From Octopus sinensis (Eukaryota), in contig NC_043000.1 in assembly GCF_006345805.1 (NCBI RefSeq), forward strand, positions 14,880,001-14,944,000: 64,000 nucleotides of DNA, given 5' to 3'. The position numbers and the translations under genes are program-made. Below are positions 41,905-55,300 of this stretch, piece after piece. The stretch's first letter is position 1; each line of letters begins with the position of its first letter. The notes under the pieces are model-generated. The model was not told the DNA's origin and did no database searches. It saw only the letters and a list, made by a program, of their open reading frames with translations.

Positions 41905-41974
41905 TGGCTGATGAAGATAGAATAAGATATGGGTGGCAGTCATATCTTGTAAAATCTGAAACCTGCAGGTCCCA
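41905..41974 (+). ncRNA. Type I hammerhead ribozyme (inverted copy)
   Basis: Intact core, two-segment stem II, 10-bp palindrome ACCTGCAGGT as stem III, GUC cleavage after 41971, stem I tgg/cca. Confidence 0.8.
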
Positions 41975-42163
41975 CATTATCCTTTTCCGGGTATTTCATC
42001 TTTCAGATGTTCTCCCTGGAGGTAGACTTTTTCTCTAGTTTGTTGCACACACGCATTTTTACTAATACATACGCGGTGAAGCTATACATTAGCGTCGTAT
42101 TTTTACGTTCGCTATTTCCAGTAAATATCGGTACTTAGTTGTGCCATTTATTTACTACTTTGT

Positions 42164-42312
<149 letters not shown>

Positions 42313-42570
42313 ATATATATACACAAGATAAGAAAATGGAGAAATACATCTAAATCAAATATCAATTACCAGATAATACTCAATCACATACTTTATTAAA
42401 CCACCACATAAGAGACTGTAGGGTTAGATATAAAAAGCAGAACAAATCAGTGTACATAAAGGAATGTACATAAAAAAGTGTACATAAAAAAGTAATGTTG
42501 TATAATAAGTAGAATATATATAAAAGAGAATATAAATATAAGAAAATATAAAAATATAAGTATAGATTAT

Positions 42571-42697
42571 ATCTTACAGCTGTTTCGGCCATGTAGATAA
42601 GTATGTCTCATTTTACCAATATTAGCCCTTTATGGTAGGTCAATATACAGATATAAATGAGACATTTACAAAATTATCATAAGGCCTCTTCGGAGAT
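42571..42697 (-). ncRNA. Type I hammerhead motif with long stem II and CCGAAGA core variant
   Basis: Reverse complement: atct-CCGAAGA-GGCC..atgtctcattt..aaatgagacat..GGCC-GAAAC-AGCT-GTA-agat. Confidence 0.6.
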
Positions 42698-43239
42698 TAT
42701 GTAATATAAAATGGTCTACATATATACTCACATGGGTGTGGGTGCATACCCATAATACAACATATACATATACATATGAGTGCATATACTCACACTCCTA
42801 TACATATAAAAAATATACATATACATAATGATATAAGTAAATAATATAAATTAGTAAACATATATATGTGTTCAACATCCAATGTCCCAGTTTTTCGACT
42901 CAATATTGTGATAATAAACATACACAAATTAGTACCTAGATACAAGTATGAAGCAATATAATGTATTATTGACTATGTATACAAATTGAGATAGGGGTTG
43001 TAAATGCAACCCTCCATGGGATAATATATATCCAATATACTGCTAGTGAAGTACCCAACAAAGTTAATACATAAATGTTAATGATTGCGATGCAATCAAT
43101 TCATTTACTGTATTATATGGGCGAAGGTAAAATGATTTACCACAAATTACTAATACAAGATAAGAAAATGGAGAAATACATCTAAATCAAATATCAATTA
43201 CCAGATAATACTCAATCACATACTTTATTAAGCCACCAC

Positions 43240-43311
<72 letters not shown>

Positions 43312-43320
43312 TTTATACAC

Positions 43321-43351
<31 letters not shown>

Positions 43352-43418
43352 AGATATATATATATATATATATATAATATATATATATATATGATTTATA
43401 CACACATATAATATATAT

Positions 43419-43523
<105 letters not shown>

Positions 43524-43796
43524 ATATATATATATACATATATAATTAGTAATGCAATACAAAGTATCGCCTTCCAGTAAAGAATAGCCCGTGAGGGAAA
43601 AATACACAAAGTAGTAAATAAATGGCACAACTAAGTACCGATATTTACTGGAAATAGCGAACGTAAAAATACGACGCTAATGTATAGCTTCACCGCGTAT
43701 GTATTAGTAAAAATGCGTGTGTGCAACAAACTAGAGAAAAACGTCTTACCTCCAGGGAGAACATCTGAAAGATGAAATACCCGGAAAAGGATAATG

Positions 43797-43865
43797 TGGG
43801 ACCTGCAGGTTTCAGATTTTACAAGATATGATGCCACCCATATCTTATTCTATCTTCATCAGCCA
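43797..43865 (-). ncRNA. Type I hammerhead ribozyme (duplicate of 41639-41708)
   Basis: Same motif, with a 1-nt deletion in the stem II loop. Confidence 0.75.
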
Positions 43866-44060
43866 AGCATATACCATGACGAAATCTACGATGTTACCAC
43901 ATTATACTATTACACTCGACTGAAACGCGGAACGCCAACAGTACGAAAAACGGTGAAGAAGCTTCAATAAATTAGTAATGCAATACAAAGTATCGCCTTC
44001 CAGTAAAGAATAGCCCGTGAGGGAAAAATACACAAAGTAGATTTCGTCATGGTATATGCT

Positions 44061-44130
44061 TGGCTGATGAAGATAGAATAAGATATGGGTGGCAGTCATA
44101 TCTTGTAAAATCTGAAACCTGCAGGTCCCA
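44061..44130 (+). ncRNA. Type I hammerhead ribozyme (duplicate of 41905-41974)
   Basis: Identical motif; GUC cleavage after 44127. Confidence 0.8.
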
Positions 44131-44339
44131 CATTATCCTTTTCCGGGTATTTCATCTTTCAGATGTTCTCCCTGGAGGTAAGACGTTTTTCTCTAGTTTG
44201 TTGCACACACGCATTTTTACTAATACATACGCGGTGAAGCTATACATTAGCGTCGTATTTTTACGTTCGCTATTTCCAGTAATATCGGTACTTAGTTGTG
44301 CCATTTATTTACTACTTTGTGTTTATATATATATATATC

Positions 44340-44425
<86 letters not shown>

Positions 44426-44732
44426 ATATATAATATATATATATTATATATATATATATATGTATATGTATGTATGTATATATATACACAAGATAAGAAA
44501 ATGGAGAAATACATCTAAATCAAATATCAATTACCAGATAATACTCAATCACATACTTTATTAACCACCACATAAGACTGTAGGGTTAGATATAAAAAGC
44601 AGAACAAATCAGTGTACATAAAGGAATGTACATAAAAAAGTGTACATAAAAAAGTAATGTTGTATAATAAGTAGAATATATATAAAAGAGAATATAAATA
44701 TAAGAAAATATAAAAATATAAGTATAGATTAT

Positions 44733-44859
44733 ATCTTACAGCTGTTTCGGCCATGTAGATAAGTATGTCTCATTTTACCAATATTAGCCCTTTATGGTAG
44801 GTCAATATACAGATATAAATGAGACATTTACAAAATTATCATAAGGCCTCTTCGGAGAT
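44733..44859 (-). ncRNA. Hammerhead motif (duplicate of 42571-42697)
   Basis: Same CCGAAGA..GAAACAGCTGTA motif. Confidence 0.6.
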
Positions 44860-45395
44860 TATGTAATATAAAATGGTCTACATATATACTCACATGGGTG
44901 TGGGTGCATACCCATAATACAACATATACATATACATATGAGTGCATATACTCACACTCCTATACATATAAAAAATATACATATACATAATGATATAAGT
45001 AAATAATATAAATTAGTAAACATATATATGTGTTCAACATCCAATGTCCCAGTTTTTCGACTCAATATTGTGATAATAAACATACACAAATTAGTACCTA
45101 GATACAAGTATGAAGCAATATAATGTATTATTGACTATGTATACAATTGAGATAGGGGTTGTAATGCAACCCTCCATGGGATAATATATATCCAATATAC
45201 TGCTAGTGAAGTACCCAACAAAGTTATACATAAATGTTAATGATTGCGATGCAATCAATTCATTTACTGTATTATATGGGCGAAGGTAAAATGATTTACC
45301 ACAAATTACTAATACAAGATAAGAAAATGGAGAAATACATCTAAATCAAATATCAATTACCAGATAATACTCAATCACATACTTTATTAAGCCAC

Positions 45396-45469
<74 letters not shown>

Positions 45470-45478
45470 TTTATACAC

Positions 45479-45528
<50 letters not shown>

Positions 45529-45556
45529 ATATAGATTTATACACACATATAAATAT

Positions 45557-45590
<34 letters not shown>

Positions 45591-45595
45591 ATATA

Positions 45596-45643
<48 letters not shown>

Positions 45644-46061
45644 TACGACGAGCTTCTTTCAATTTCCATTTACTAAATCCACTCACAAGGCTTTGGTCGG
45701 TCCGTGACTATAGTAGAAGAACACTTGCTCTGCTTTAAAACATTAATAACTTGTAACAAATAAGTACTATATAATACCGTGGATTTTGTAATTGGGCGGG
45801 GGTGCATTTTTGCGGCTTGCCTTCCGCGGTTTACCGTAGCAACGCTACTGTCCAGAACGTAAGGCCATCATATCGCAGTGTGAAACGCCATACCATCAAG
45901 ATCGTAAAATCCTCTCCTTACGATGGTCTAAATTCATTTTGAGGAAGAATCTGGAACGTAAACAAATAACACAACCGTGATGCAGTCTAGTTAGAAGAAC
46001 TACTGAGTAAATACCGTACGAACGTCTCTATCAACAGCGAAACTCTCCTGGCGGTTATAAA

Positions 46062-46580
46062 AATAAAAAATAATAATGAAATTATTGTATACAGTGCTCA
46101 GGTGCACCACAACTTGTCAGAAAGTGCATATAAAGTACATGCAGTAATGTAGAAATGTCTGGAAAGCGAACAATGTATGAGTCAGATACATGCCTGTGTG
46201 TGTATGGAGGGGAGAAAATCAAGTGTAGTGTTGGCGAATCTCAGGAAGCATGGAAGTTTTGAAGGATGCAGTGCTCCGACAACTAACAACTGATGCCGGC
46301 AGTTTGTTCCATGCTTCAGCAACTCTCAGCGTGAAAAAATGTTTCCTGAAGTCATGGGAGCTGTGCTGTTTTCTGACTTTGTAAATATGTCCACAGGTGT
46401 TAGATGGGTGGAGTTTGAAAAGGTGCTCAGAGTTATTGTTTGTACGATGGTTGATAATTTTATGGGTGTCTGCCAAGTCAGCTGCCAGACGTCGGAGTTT
46501 CAATGTGTCCATGCCCAGGGAAGTAAGGCGTTCAGGATATGGCAGTTGTGAAACTGTCGACTGGGCTAAACCAGTATTGA
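46062..46580 (-). mobile_element. CR1-clade LINE 3' end
   Basis: LPYPERLTSLGMDTLKLRRL..GHIYKVRK..RKHFFTLRVAEAWNKLP..FK is typical of the CR1 ORF2 C-terminus. Confidence 0.75.
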
Positions 46581-46883
46581 AGATATCACCCATATCATCT
46601 GTATCTGTCCAAAAATGCTAGCAAAGTACTAGCTTCCCGGTGTTATTAGAACAGACAACAATCCTTTATGCAGAAAGGATTGTTTTGATGACCATACGAA
46701 ACGTACACCAGACCAAGAATATATCCACGCGTTTAAAAATACAGAATACTTGTGCGACGTTCCAATAAAAGCAATGACTCGGTGTGAGCATTACAGGACA
46801 GTTAGTATTCTACGGCACAAGGAACGAAAGTCGAGTAATGTTAATACAGTTCTATATTTAAGAGATGAGGAATTATGTACATT

Positions 46884-47284
46884 CTCTTTTACTCTTTTTA
46901 CTCTTTTACTTGTTTCAGTCATTTGACTGCGGCCATGCTGGGGCACCGCCTTTAATCGAGCAACTCGACCCCGGGACTTATTCTTTGTAAGCCCAGTACT
47001 TATTCTATCGGTCTCTTTTTGCCGAACCGCTAAGTGACGGGGACATAAACACACCAGCATCGGTTGTCAAGCAATGCTAGGGGGACAAATACAGACACAC
47101 AAACATATATATATATACATATATACGACGGGCTCCTTTCAGTTTCCGTCTACCAAATCCACTCACAAGGCTTTGGTCGGCCCGAGGCTATAGTAAAAGA
47201 CACTTGCCCAAGGTGCTACGCAGTGAGACTGAACCCAGAACCATGTGGTTGGTAAACAAGCTACTTACCACACAGCCACTCCTG
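46884..47284 (-). mobile_element. SINE family A
   Basis: Reverse complement of the full-length consensus seen elsewhere in the window. Confidence 0.8.
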
Positions 47285-47293
47285 TTTGTTGTT

Positions 47294-47339
47294 AACACAA
47301 CGTTTCGGCTGATATACTCTCCAGTCCTCATCAGGTGTC
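47294..47339 (-). ncRNA. Minimal type I hammerhead at the 3' end of a tRNA-headed element
   Basis: Reverse complement: gacac-CTGATGA-ggactg(gagagtatat)cagcc-GAAA-CGTT-gtgtt. Confidence 0.7.
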
Positions 47340-47386
47340 TTGGGGAAATTTCGAACCTGGGTCCTCGTTCCTAAGTTATTTTTCGA

Positions 47387-47442
<56 letters not shown>

Positions 47443-47923
47443 TCACTACCTGGAATCGAACTCGGAATTTTGGGGTTAGTAACGCGCGCTCTTAACCACT
47501 ACGCCATATGGCTGGAGGGTATATCATCCGAAACGGTCTGTTAACAACAAAGAAGATGAGGACAAATATCCGTCAAATGTAAATAATGTAAATAATGTCA
47601 GCTAATACATAGGTGCAGGAGTGGATCATGAGGAGAAAATGCAAATCCTTAATTGATATACTACAAATGATCACGATATCTAGGACTATAAAGATCTGCA
47701 AGATTTAAAGATTTAAAGGCGGCTTTCCTTCACAGCCTTGCTACTAAGCAGGTGGCCGATCAAAATTCATTCTAAATGAGATAAAAGGAAAAAACACATA
47801 CAAATATATGCGTGTACATGTATGGTTGTGCGTGCGTTTATGTATGCGTGCATTTGTATATGCGTGCGTTTGTGTGGGGTGTATGTGAATGTGTGTACGT
47901 GTATGTTTGCATTTATACACGAA

Positions 47924-48318
47924 CTAGCAGTATCGCCCGGCGTTGCTCGGATTTGTAAGGGAAATAACTATGCAGCATTTTTAGAGAGTTATAGCCAAAA
48001 GATAGCAAAAAATGCATTAAAAATGGAAAAAATATGATGGTAAATTTTTTTTAAATCGTTGACTCATCGTAGACAGTTTTAGAGAGTTACTTCCCTTTAT
48101 TTAAAAAATATGCGTTAAAATGGAAAAAAATTATGGTAAATTATTTTTTAAATCGTAGACTCATCGTAGACGCGCGCTAATACCCAGAAGGGCTCGATAT
48201 GAATCACGACTATAAGATACCCGGTTTTGGTTAAACTGCTCTGCAAAATGTGGGAGTAGTTAGGAATCTAAATCAATGGGGACAGACACTCACACAACTA
48301 CAGTTTTATATATATAGA
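47924..48318 (-). mobile_element. Non-autonomous Helitron
   Basis: Homologous to 2614-3011 with the same termini. Confidence 0.8.
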
Positions 48319-48849
48319 TATGTTGGGGAGGGAGAGCGCGCGCGTGTGTGTGTATTTACGAAATTCTTACTGGAGTAAAGGAAGACCATTCATATTGTAA
48401 ATAATACAGCTCATATAGATAAAGGGAAGTCACCCCCATTTAAGAAATCAATTCTTGAAAACGAAGACGACATAAGTTGTGTCCCTTTGATTTAATGCAG
48501 TATTAATGGTAATTACATTTTCGCTTATAGATAGTTGAATAGATAAAATAGAAAATTTCATAGCCTCTCATACGAAACAAAATAAATTTTTTAAAATCTG
48601 AAGTAATCATCAGAGATCTTTCTGCTTTGAGCAGAAACTGCATGAGCTACGTAAAGATGTTACAAATTATCCTGATGGTAATTAAAATCATTTCATTGTT
48701 GGAAACCCTTGTCTCCTCAGTAATATGTATGACAAGCGTTTTGCTCCCTTAGTCAGCGGCTTTGCCTGAATCAAGCAACGAGGACTAAATTAGCCTTCGC
48801 TTGCAGAAGAGTTCTATCTGGAGTTTCTTGTCAGCCACGATCACAACTG

Positions 48850-49260
48850 AACTGGATTGAACTGGATTCAGTTGTTATGAATATCTCTGATCGTGGCTTT
48901 CTTTAGCCGCTTAGGTTCCAAAACAATCTTCTGCAAGAAATAGCCCACTGATCTAGCTGGGAGACTGCGACAACCGAATTCAGTACATAATGAGGCTGCA
49001 TGACATTTTTTGATATGTACCTCATCAGCCAAGACTTTCTTCAGTTGGTTAGAAATGAATATGTCCTCGCAGGACATTATTAGTTTGGACGCGGTGATCA
49101 TTTCCGTGCTCCTGGATAGAAGAACCGTATCTGGTCAGAGCGCTGTTACTACCAACTTTCTTCAGAAAAGATCTGTTCTTCAGATCCAGTTGCATCTCTC
49201 GGTCGAAGCTCTGATGCAAAACAGAGAATGGGTCCTCCGTAGTTGCTTTTTACCTTAAGA
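48850..49260 (-). mobile_element. Degenerate HERO-like RLE retrotransposon fragment
   Basis: L*PDTVLLSRSTEMITASKLIMSCED..EFGCRSLPARSVGYFLQKIVLEPKRLKK; homologous to 7200-7735. Confidence 0.6.
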
Positions 49261-49819
49261 GCCTTTCTACCTTCCCTTAAGAATCAGATACATTTAGGTG
49301 GTGATACCTGTTGCTAAAATACATTTATGAAGGAGTTTGGCACTCGCCATCATTAATCCTCTGCATAGATTTTCCAGTGATGGAAATCTGAGAACCAAGC
49401 TATCTTTCCAGAACCGCTTGATGTATTTTATTTATGTTTTATAATGAAAAACTTCGTGGACTTTAAAACCCCTCTTAGAACACTATACTAAGTTCAATAG
49501 GGCTTATTAACTTTCTGGTGAATCATTACAAATAAGGCGATTTAACTCCAATGTTTGGTATTGTGAATAAATAGTTTTAAATTATTAAGTAGCAACAAAG
49601 AATTAAACAAGTGGATAACTGAACTAACAACTAACAACAGCATCTAACCTAGAGTTAAAAGCAAATTACCATCAAGACAGTTTTGAAATAAATGTATACT
49701 TTGCTGTTAATCATGCTTAATATAAATAGGAAATAACATTCGGGGAAACTGCTGTAGGAAAGTAATAACTACAAAAAGTTCACATAGCGAAATAAGGGAA
49801 GTTATATTATTGGCACTGA

Positions 49820-50122
49820 TGGAGGCGCAATGGCCCAGTGGTTAGGGCAGCAGACTCGCGGTCGGAGGATCGCGGTTTCGATTCCTAGACTGCATTGTGT
49901 GTGTTTATTGAGCGAAAACACCTAAAAGCTCCATGAGGCTCCGGCAGGGGATGGTGGCGATCCCCGCTGTACTCTTTCGCCACAACTTTCTCTCACTCTT
50001 TCTTCTGTTGGCCTGCTCGCTTAGCCAGCGGAGTGACGTCATTTGAAGGCTAAAACAATGAGAAGCGTATTGTGGCCAGCGATGTGTAGCAACATCTGAA
50101 AGCCTGGTCGGTCACGGTGATT
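49820..50122 (+). mobile_element. SINE family B variant
   Basis: TSD ttattggcactga at 49807-49819 and 50123-50135. Confidence 0.8.
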
Positions 50123-51039
50123 TTATTGGCACTGAAGAAACCATAATTACTTCGCATTTACAATACACGTGATCTGAGTGAGAACAACGTTAAAACTGTT
50201 GATCAAATATTTACAAGGCTTGATTACTATTCCATCCAAGAGTAAGGTAATGCAGTTATTGGTGCATATCTATTGGGAATAAGTGGCCTAGCAACTTTCA
50301 TAACTGTGTAAGCTATTTGCTAAACTGCTGAAAGATAATTTTTAAAAAACAGTAAACGTCGCCCTTTTCAAGCCTAGCCAGGCTCATGGGCCCTGTTTCT
50401 ATGGCGTATGTGTTCCCTCCAGCTGGACGGGACGCCAGTTCATTGCAGCGTTACTCAAGAAACAGGAAGAGAAAGTGAGAGAAGGTTGTGGTGAAAGAGT
50501 ACAACAGGGGTTGCCACCACCCCCTGCCGGAGCCTCGTAGAGCTATTAGGTGTTTTCGCTCAATAAACACATACAACGCCCGGTCTGGGAATCGAAACCG
50601 CGATCCTCCGACCGCTAGTCCGCTGTCCGAGGGCCATTGCGCCTCCACGTTGAACGATAATAGTCAAACGTATTAGAGAGTCCACAGAATAAACATGCAT
50701 TCAGCAATTCTAAACAGTTGTTGTTACAGGGCAGTAATTTTTTTTTTTTTTTTTTTTTGTATATTTTGACCTTAAGTCATCTGTTCTCATTTTTGATGCT
50801 TCGCGAAAACATGGCCGTGAAATTCTCCTTCCAGTCTTTTGGAAACTGTAGAGTCAAGTTTGTTAGCAGTATATAGCCTACAACTAGGCAAAAATTGCAC
50901 TTAATCAGAGCGTAAGGCACCCTATTTTGTGGGTTGAGTTATTTTACTATTTTCTCTGAGGGCGAAAATTTTCTTTAGTGAAAGAAAATAAATCATGGAG
51001 TACAAACTTTGGATTAAACACTAGCTTATCTCATATGGC

Positions 51040-51980
51040 GGTCGAAACGCTGTGGAGATGGTTGATCTAAACTGTACGGTTTCAATTACTTTGTGGACTG
51101 TTGTGGAAATTAGCATAATCAAGCAGACATTTTGTCCAGATATCCGAGGGAATTTGAAACCGGGAATGTCTTCGAAGTTCAAATTGTCTCACTTACCCAG
51201 TTCATATAAGTATGTTGCTTCAGCTATACATGGGAACCTCATTGTGACTTTTGACAGTTTGAGATTGTAAGAAGGTAATTTTGGAAGGAGGTATTACTGA
51301 AGAGTTACCTCCACTTGCGATCAATAGAGACGAAATCCCTATTATTGATACCTTCCACGTTAAGGTGGTCTTTGCTGGAGGAGTTGTATGAGAAGCACTT
51401 AAATGTAAGTAAAATGGAGATTTTACGCAGGCCATTTGTTGGTGACTCAGCTTTAACTGTAATGCATAGGACTTGTAAATTATACCCATTATATCAATTC
51501 TTCGGTAGAGATTCGCTTAGAACAGGGGTACACTATTGGTTGTCAGTTAAGAGAACAATGCAATTGGTAGATATTGATTTATGCAGAGCCGCTCAAAGGT
51601 GTCATGTTGTTAGTTTTCATGGATAGATATTCTAAATGGCTTGAGTTGTATCTTAGCAAAATCACAGTGTCAGTTGCCATTATCACTACGTAGTAAGATA
51701 CGAGTTGGTCCAAGAATTGATGGCAAATAATTGATCGTAGTCTACTTCAACGGAATTAAAACATTTTAAAAGGTTAAAATATATTATTGGTAGAACATCA
51801 GCTCAAACTCCAGTAGTTAAACAGAACATTTTGTGCAGGCATGGTCTGCAACATTGTATGGACGAGGATCCAATAATGGATATTCAAATATTTGGGTAAG
51901 TTTCTCATGTCCTGTAGAAATTACTCTCACGTGTTGACCGGAGTATCACGCGCAGAAAGGTTTATAGAGAATTAAGGTAT
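51040..51980 (+). mobile_element. Degenerate Ty3/Gypsy integrase region
   Basis: Frameshifted LIPSTLRWSLLEELYEKHLNVSKM, then approximate VDID.AEPLKG.MLLVFMDRYSKWLE and KFLMSCRNYSHVLTGVSRAE. Confidence 0.55.
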
Positions 51981-52494
51981 ATACCATTATATAATGGTTG
52001 AAGTTGGTTATACCTTCTGCTAGAGTTATATATATATTTTCAAAAGCAGTTACAAAGTCAGGTGTAGTATATAGAAGGAAGGGTTATTTTTTTCAGCTAA
52101 AGCTTAAATCGGATAGATCTCAGCATGACGTATCTGCATAGTCCACAAGCGTTGATAACACGTTTGCATCTTTTCCAGTTTCTAACAACCGAGTTGTATA
52201 AGTCGCATGGCGATTCGCTGAGTCGGTGTCAATGGAACCGCCGAGGCACGAAAAAAAAGCAGTAAAGGATCAATGGGAAGCACACTCGTAATGCCAGCAT
52301 CTTCGACCACTTTGTCTACCAGCCAAGGCTGATAGAAGAAATGTCACCATCATAAGATAAACAGAAGTGATGAATCATATCCAACAACATCATCTATATG
52401 AATATACATATATAATATAATATAATATTATATTATATATATATATATATATATTATATGGAGTTAAACGCAGATGTTATCCAAATCCTTTTAC

Positions 52495-52577
52495 TTCCGA
52501 CATATGTTTCGAAGACAACATTGGTATTACTCCAAAAGGAATAAAATGGTGTAAAACAATGTGATCTCATCAGGGAA
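52495..52577 (-). ncRNA. Type I hammerhead ribozyme, canonical GUC site
   Basis: Reverse complement: ttcc-CTGATGA-g..acattg..caatgt..c-GAAAC-ATAT-GTC-ggaa. Stem III is the palindrome ACATATGT. Confidence 0.75.
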
Positions 52578-52658
52578 ACAAAGAAATCAAATTTATCAAG
52601 GAAACAAGGGAAAATACACACATCCATGTCATTTTCATAGCATTTTTTTCAATGGCCG

Positions 52659-52719
52659 GATAACTGAAGAGATGGCGGCGTGGGTTTCCGCCCCGACATC
52701 CGAAACTCGGAGTTTTATC
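52659..52719 (+). ncRNA. Type I hammerhead motif
   Basis: gataa-CTGAAGA-GATGGCGG..CCGCC..CATC-c-GAAAC-TCGGA-GTT-ttatc. Stem I is a perfect 5 bp; there is one extra C at the base of stem II. Confidence 0.65.
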
Positions 52720-54150
52720 ATGGCTACCAAATAATTGTCACATATTATATTTACAGATAAATTCCTCTATTTACATAATATGGAGGTCTATTTCATTCTT
52801 TTGTTGTCTTACCATTTCTATCAATATATTACCGTTATATATATATATATATATATAATATATATATATATATATCATATAGTATATAAATAACATATTG
52901 TGTGTGTTACAACCGTCTTCAGTTTCCTTCTATTTTTCTTTTGGTATACCTGTCACTTTCACTATGGATACGATAGACATGCTTCTATTATTCTACTAAT
53001 TACTACACCTGTACATCCATCCTCTAAGCACTCACGTTAATCTGGTCGTCCTTAATAACTAAAGGCAATGAATACACCTACTAACTCCCCAGACGTAACG
53101 AAAAACCTTCAGTAGATATGAAGTCGCAACTCAGTAACTGGTTAAGTAATATTGAGTAATATAAAACCCATTTGGTTATTTGTCTTGTACACTTGGCTAA
53201 GGCTTCATACTCTGTTAAAAGGTAAAATCGTTGTCTATAAATAGACAGATTTTGCCTTTTGTCAGATTTTCTGCCAGTCTTAATTGCTTTCATTTAATCT
53301 TTAAATTATAGCATTCGTTCGTCAAATTATCTGTAATACAGTTGACGTTGACTATAGATCCAATTAGCTTTGCACTCAGAGAACCGAGATAATTTATGGG
53401 ACTAACTTACAGATCTATCGTCCCAGATTTGCTACAGTGTTTCAATTGAATCTAGGCAATATTGCACATTGTGTTTGCTTTCATTAAGTTGTAATTCAAT
53501 AGTCATTAAAAGTAAATGGTAAACAGTTTGCTCCTAAAGTTTGTATTATGTAAGAATAAAATTAATTTAAGATAAATATGGTGGGTTTGGTTGGAGTGAG
53601 AAAACAACGAATTTACGAGAGGAAAGGTCGAGCCTTGTTGTAATCTGCTGTATTATGAGGCGGTGAGCTGGCAATATCATTAACTAGTCGGACAAAATGC
53701 TTAACGGCATTTCTTCCGGTTCTTTATGTTTTGGGTTCGAATTCTGCCAAGGTCGACTTGGCCGTTCATCCTTTCGGGGTCGATAAAATAAGTGACCATT
53801 TGAGCACTTGGGTCGATGTAATCAACTTACTTCCACCCTTAAAATTGCTGATCTTCTGCCAAAGTTTGAAACCGTATTATAAGGTGGCAAGCTGGCAGAA
53901 TCGTTAGAGAGTCGAGAAAAATGTGGTGCTTCCCACGCATTTTCGGTCGAATCTCCTTTGAATCAACAAGGGATCCCTTGACCACAATGTAAACTTCATT
54001 TGATTAAGGTATCTTTGGCTCGACGAGTAGCTAGCGGATTACCCCTCGGGTGGGCAATTACTACTTCCTAGGTTCTGCTAGCTATGAAACATATGTAGCC
54101 TGAATTTTATCTAATACATTCCCTAGCTTTGTGTGTGTGTGTGCGTGCGC

Positions 54151-54185
<35 letters not shown>

Positions 54186-54186
<1 letters not shown>

Positions 54187-55300
54187 TAAACACTAGAAAT
54201 GTACAGAAATTAGACTCCCTCAAATACCAGGGAGGAAAACTAGAAGTAGTTGATAGCTTCCGTTATCTAGGTGACCGAGTCAGCAGTGTTCCGAGAGCGT
54301 AGCTGCTAGAATAGAATAGGCTGGGCAAAGTTCAGAGAGCTTCTACCTCAGTTGGTAACAAAGGGCCTTTCCCTCATAAAGGTATATTTCTTTATTGCCC
54401 ACAAGGGGCTAAACACAGAAGGGACAGACAAAGGGATTAAGTCGATTACATAGACCCCAGTGCGTAACTGGTACTTAATTTATCGACCCCGAAAGGATGA
54501 AAGGCAAAGTCGACCTCGGCGGAATTTGAACTCACAACGTAACGGCAGACGAAATGCGGCTACGCATTACGCCCGGCGTGCTAACGTTTCTGCCAACTCG
54601 CCGCCTGTGTGCAAACAGCTATGCTACATGGCAGTGAAACGTGGGCTTCGACCGCAGAGATCACGCGAAGGCTTGAAAGAAATGAAGCTAGTACGTTTCG
54701 CTGGATTTGCAATATCAGTGTGCATGTACTACAGAGCGTAAATATCATGAGAGAAAAACTGGGTTTAAGAGGCATCAGGTGTGTTGTGCAAGAGAGACGA
54801 ATGCACTGGTATCGTCATGTGATGCGTATGGATGAAGACAGCGGTGTAAAGAGGTGCCAATCTCTAACTGTGGAGAGAACTTGTGGAAGAGGTAAATCCA
54901 GTGAGACATGGGACGTGTTGGTGAGGCATGATCTTCGAATGCTGGGCCTAACGGGTGTGATGACAAGTGACCGAGACTTTTGACGATACGCTGTGCTCAA
55001 GCAAAAATCGTCAAACCAAGTGAAATCGTCATTGTGGCCGTTGCCAGTGTCATATAAATGGTGCCCGTGGAATCGTAGTGGTGGCCGTTGCCGGTAACAT
55101 GTAAATGGTACACATGCCAGTGGCACATAAAAAGCACCCATTTCCTTCTTGGAGTGGTTGACATTAGGAAGGGCATCCAGCCGTAGAAACCTTACCAAAT
55201 CAGACTGGAACCTGGTGCATCCCTACACCTTACCAGTTCCAGACAAACCGTTTGATCCATGCCAACATGGAAAGCGGACGTTAAATGACGATGATGATGA
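54186..55300 (+). mobile_element. RTE-clade LINE 3' fragment with a family C SINE inserted at about 54386-54605
   Basis: KLEVVDSFRYLG..AMLHGSETW..LERNE..ERRMHWYRHVMRM..GRGK..TW; (GAT)n tail. Confidence 0.8.

Noticed and set aside
53081-53293. 70-aa minus-strand ORF as Penelope RT
   Set aside because: Only a vague resemblance to an RT motif; not supportable without a search.
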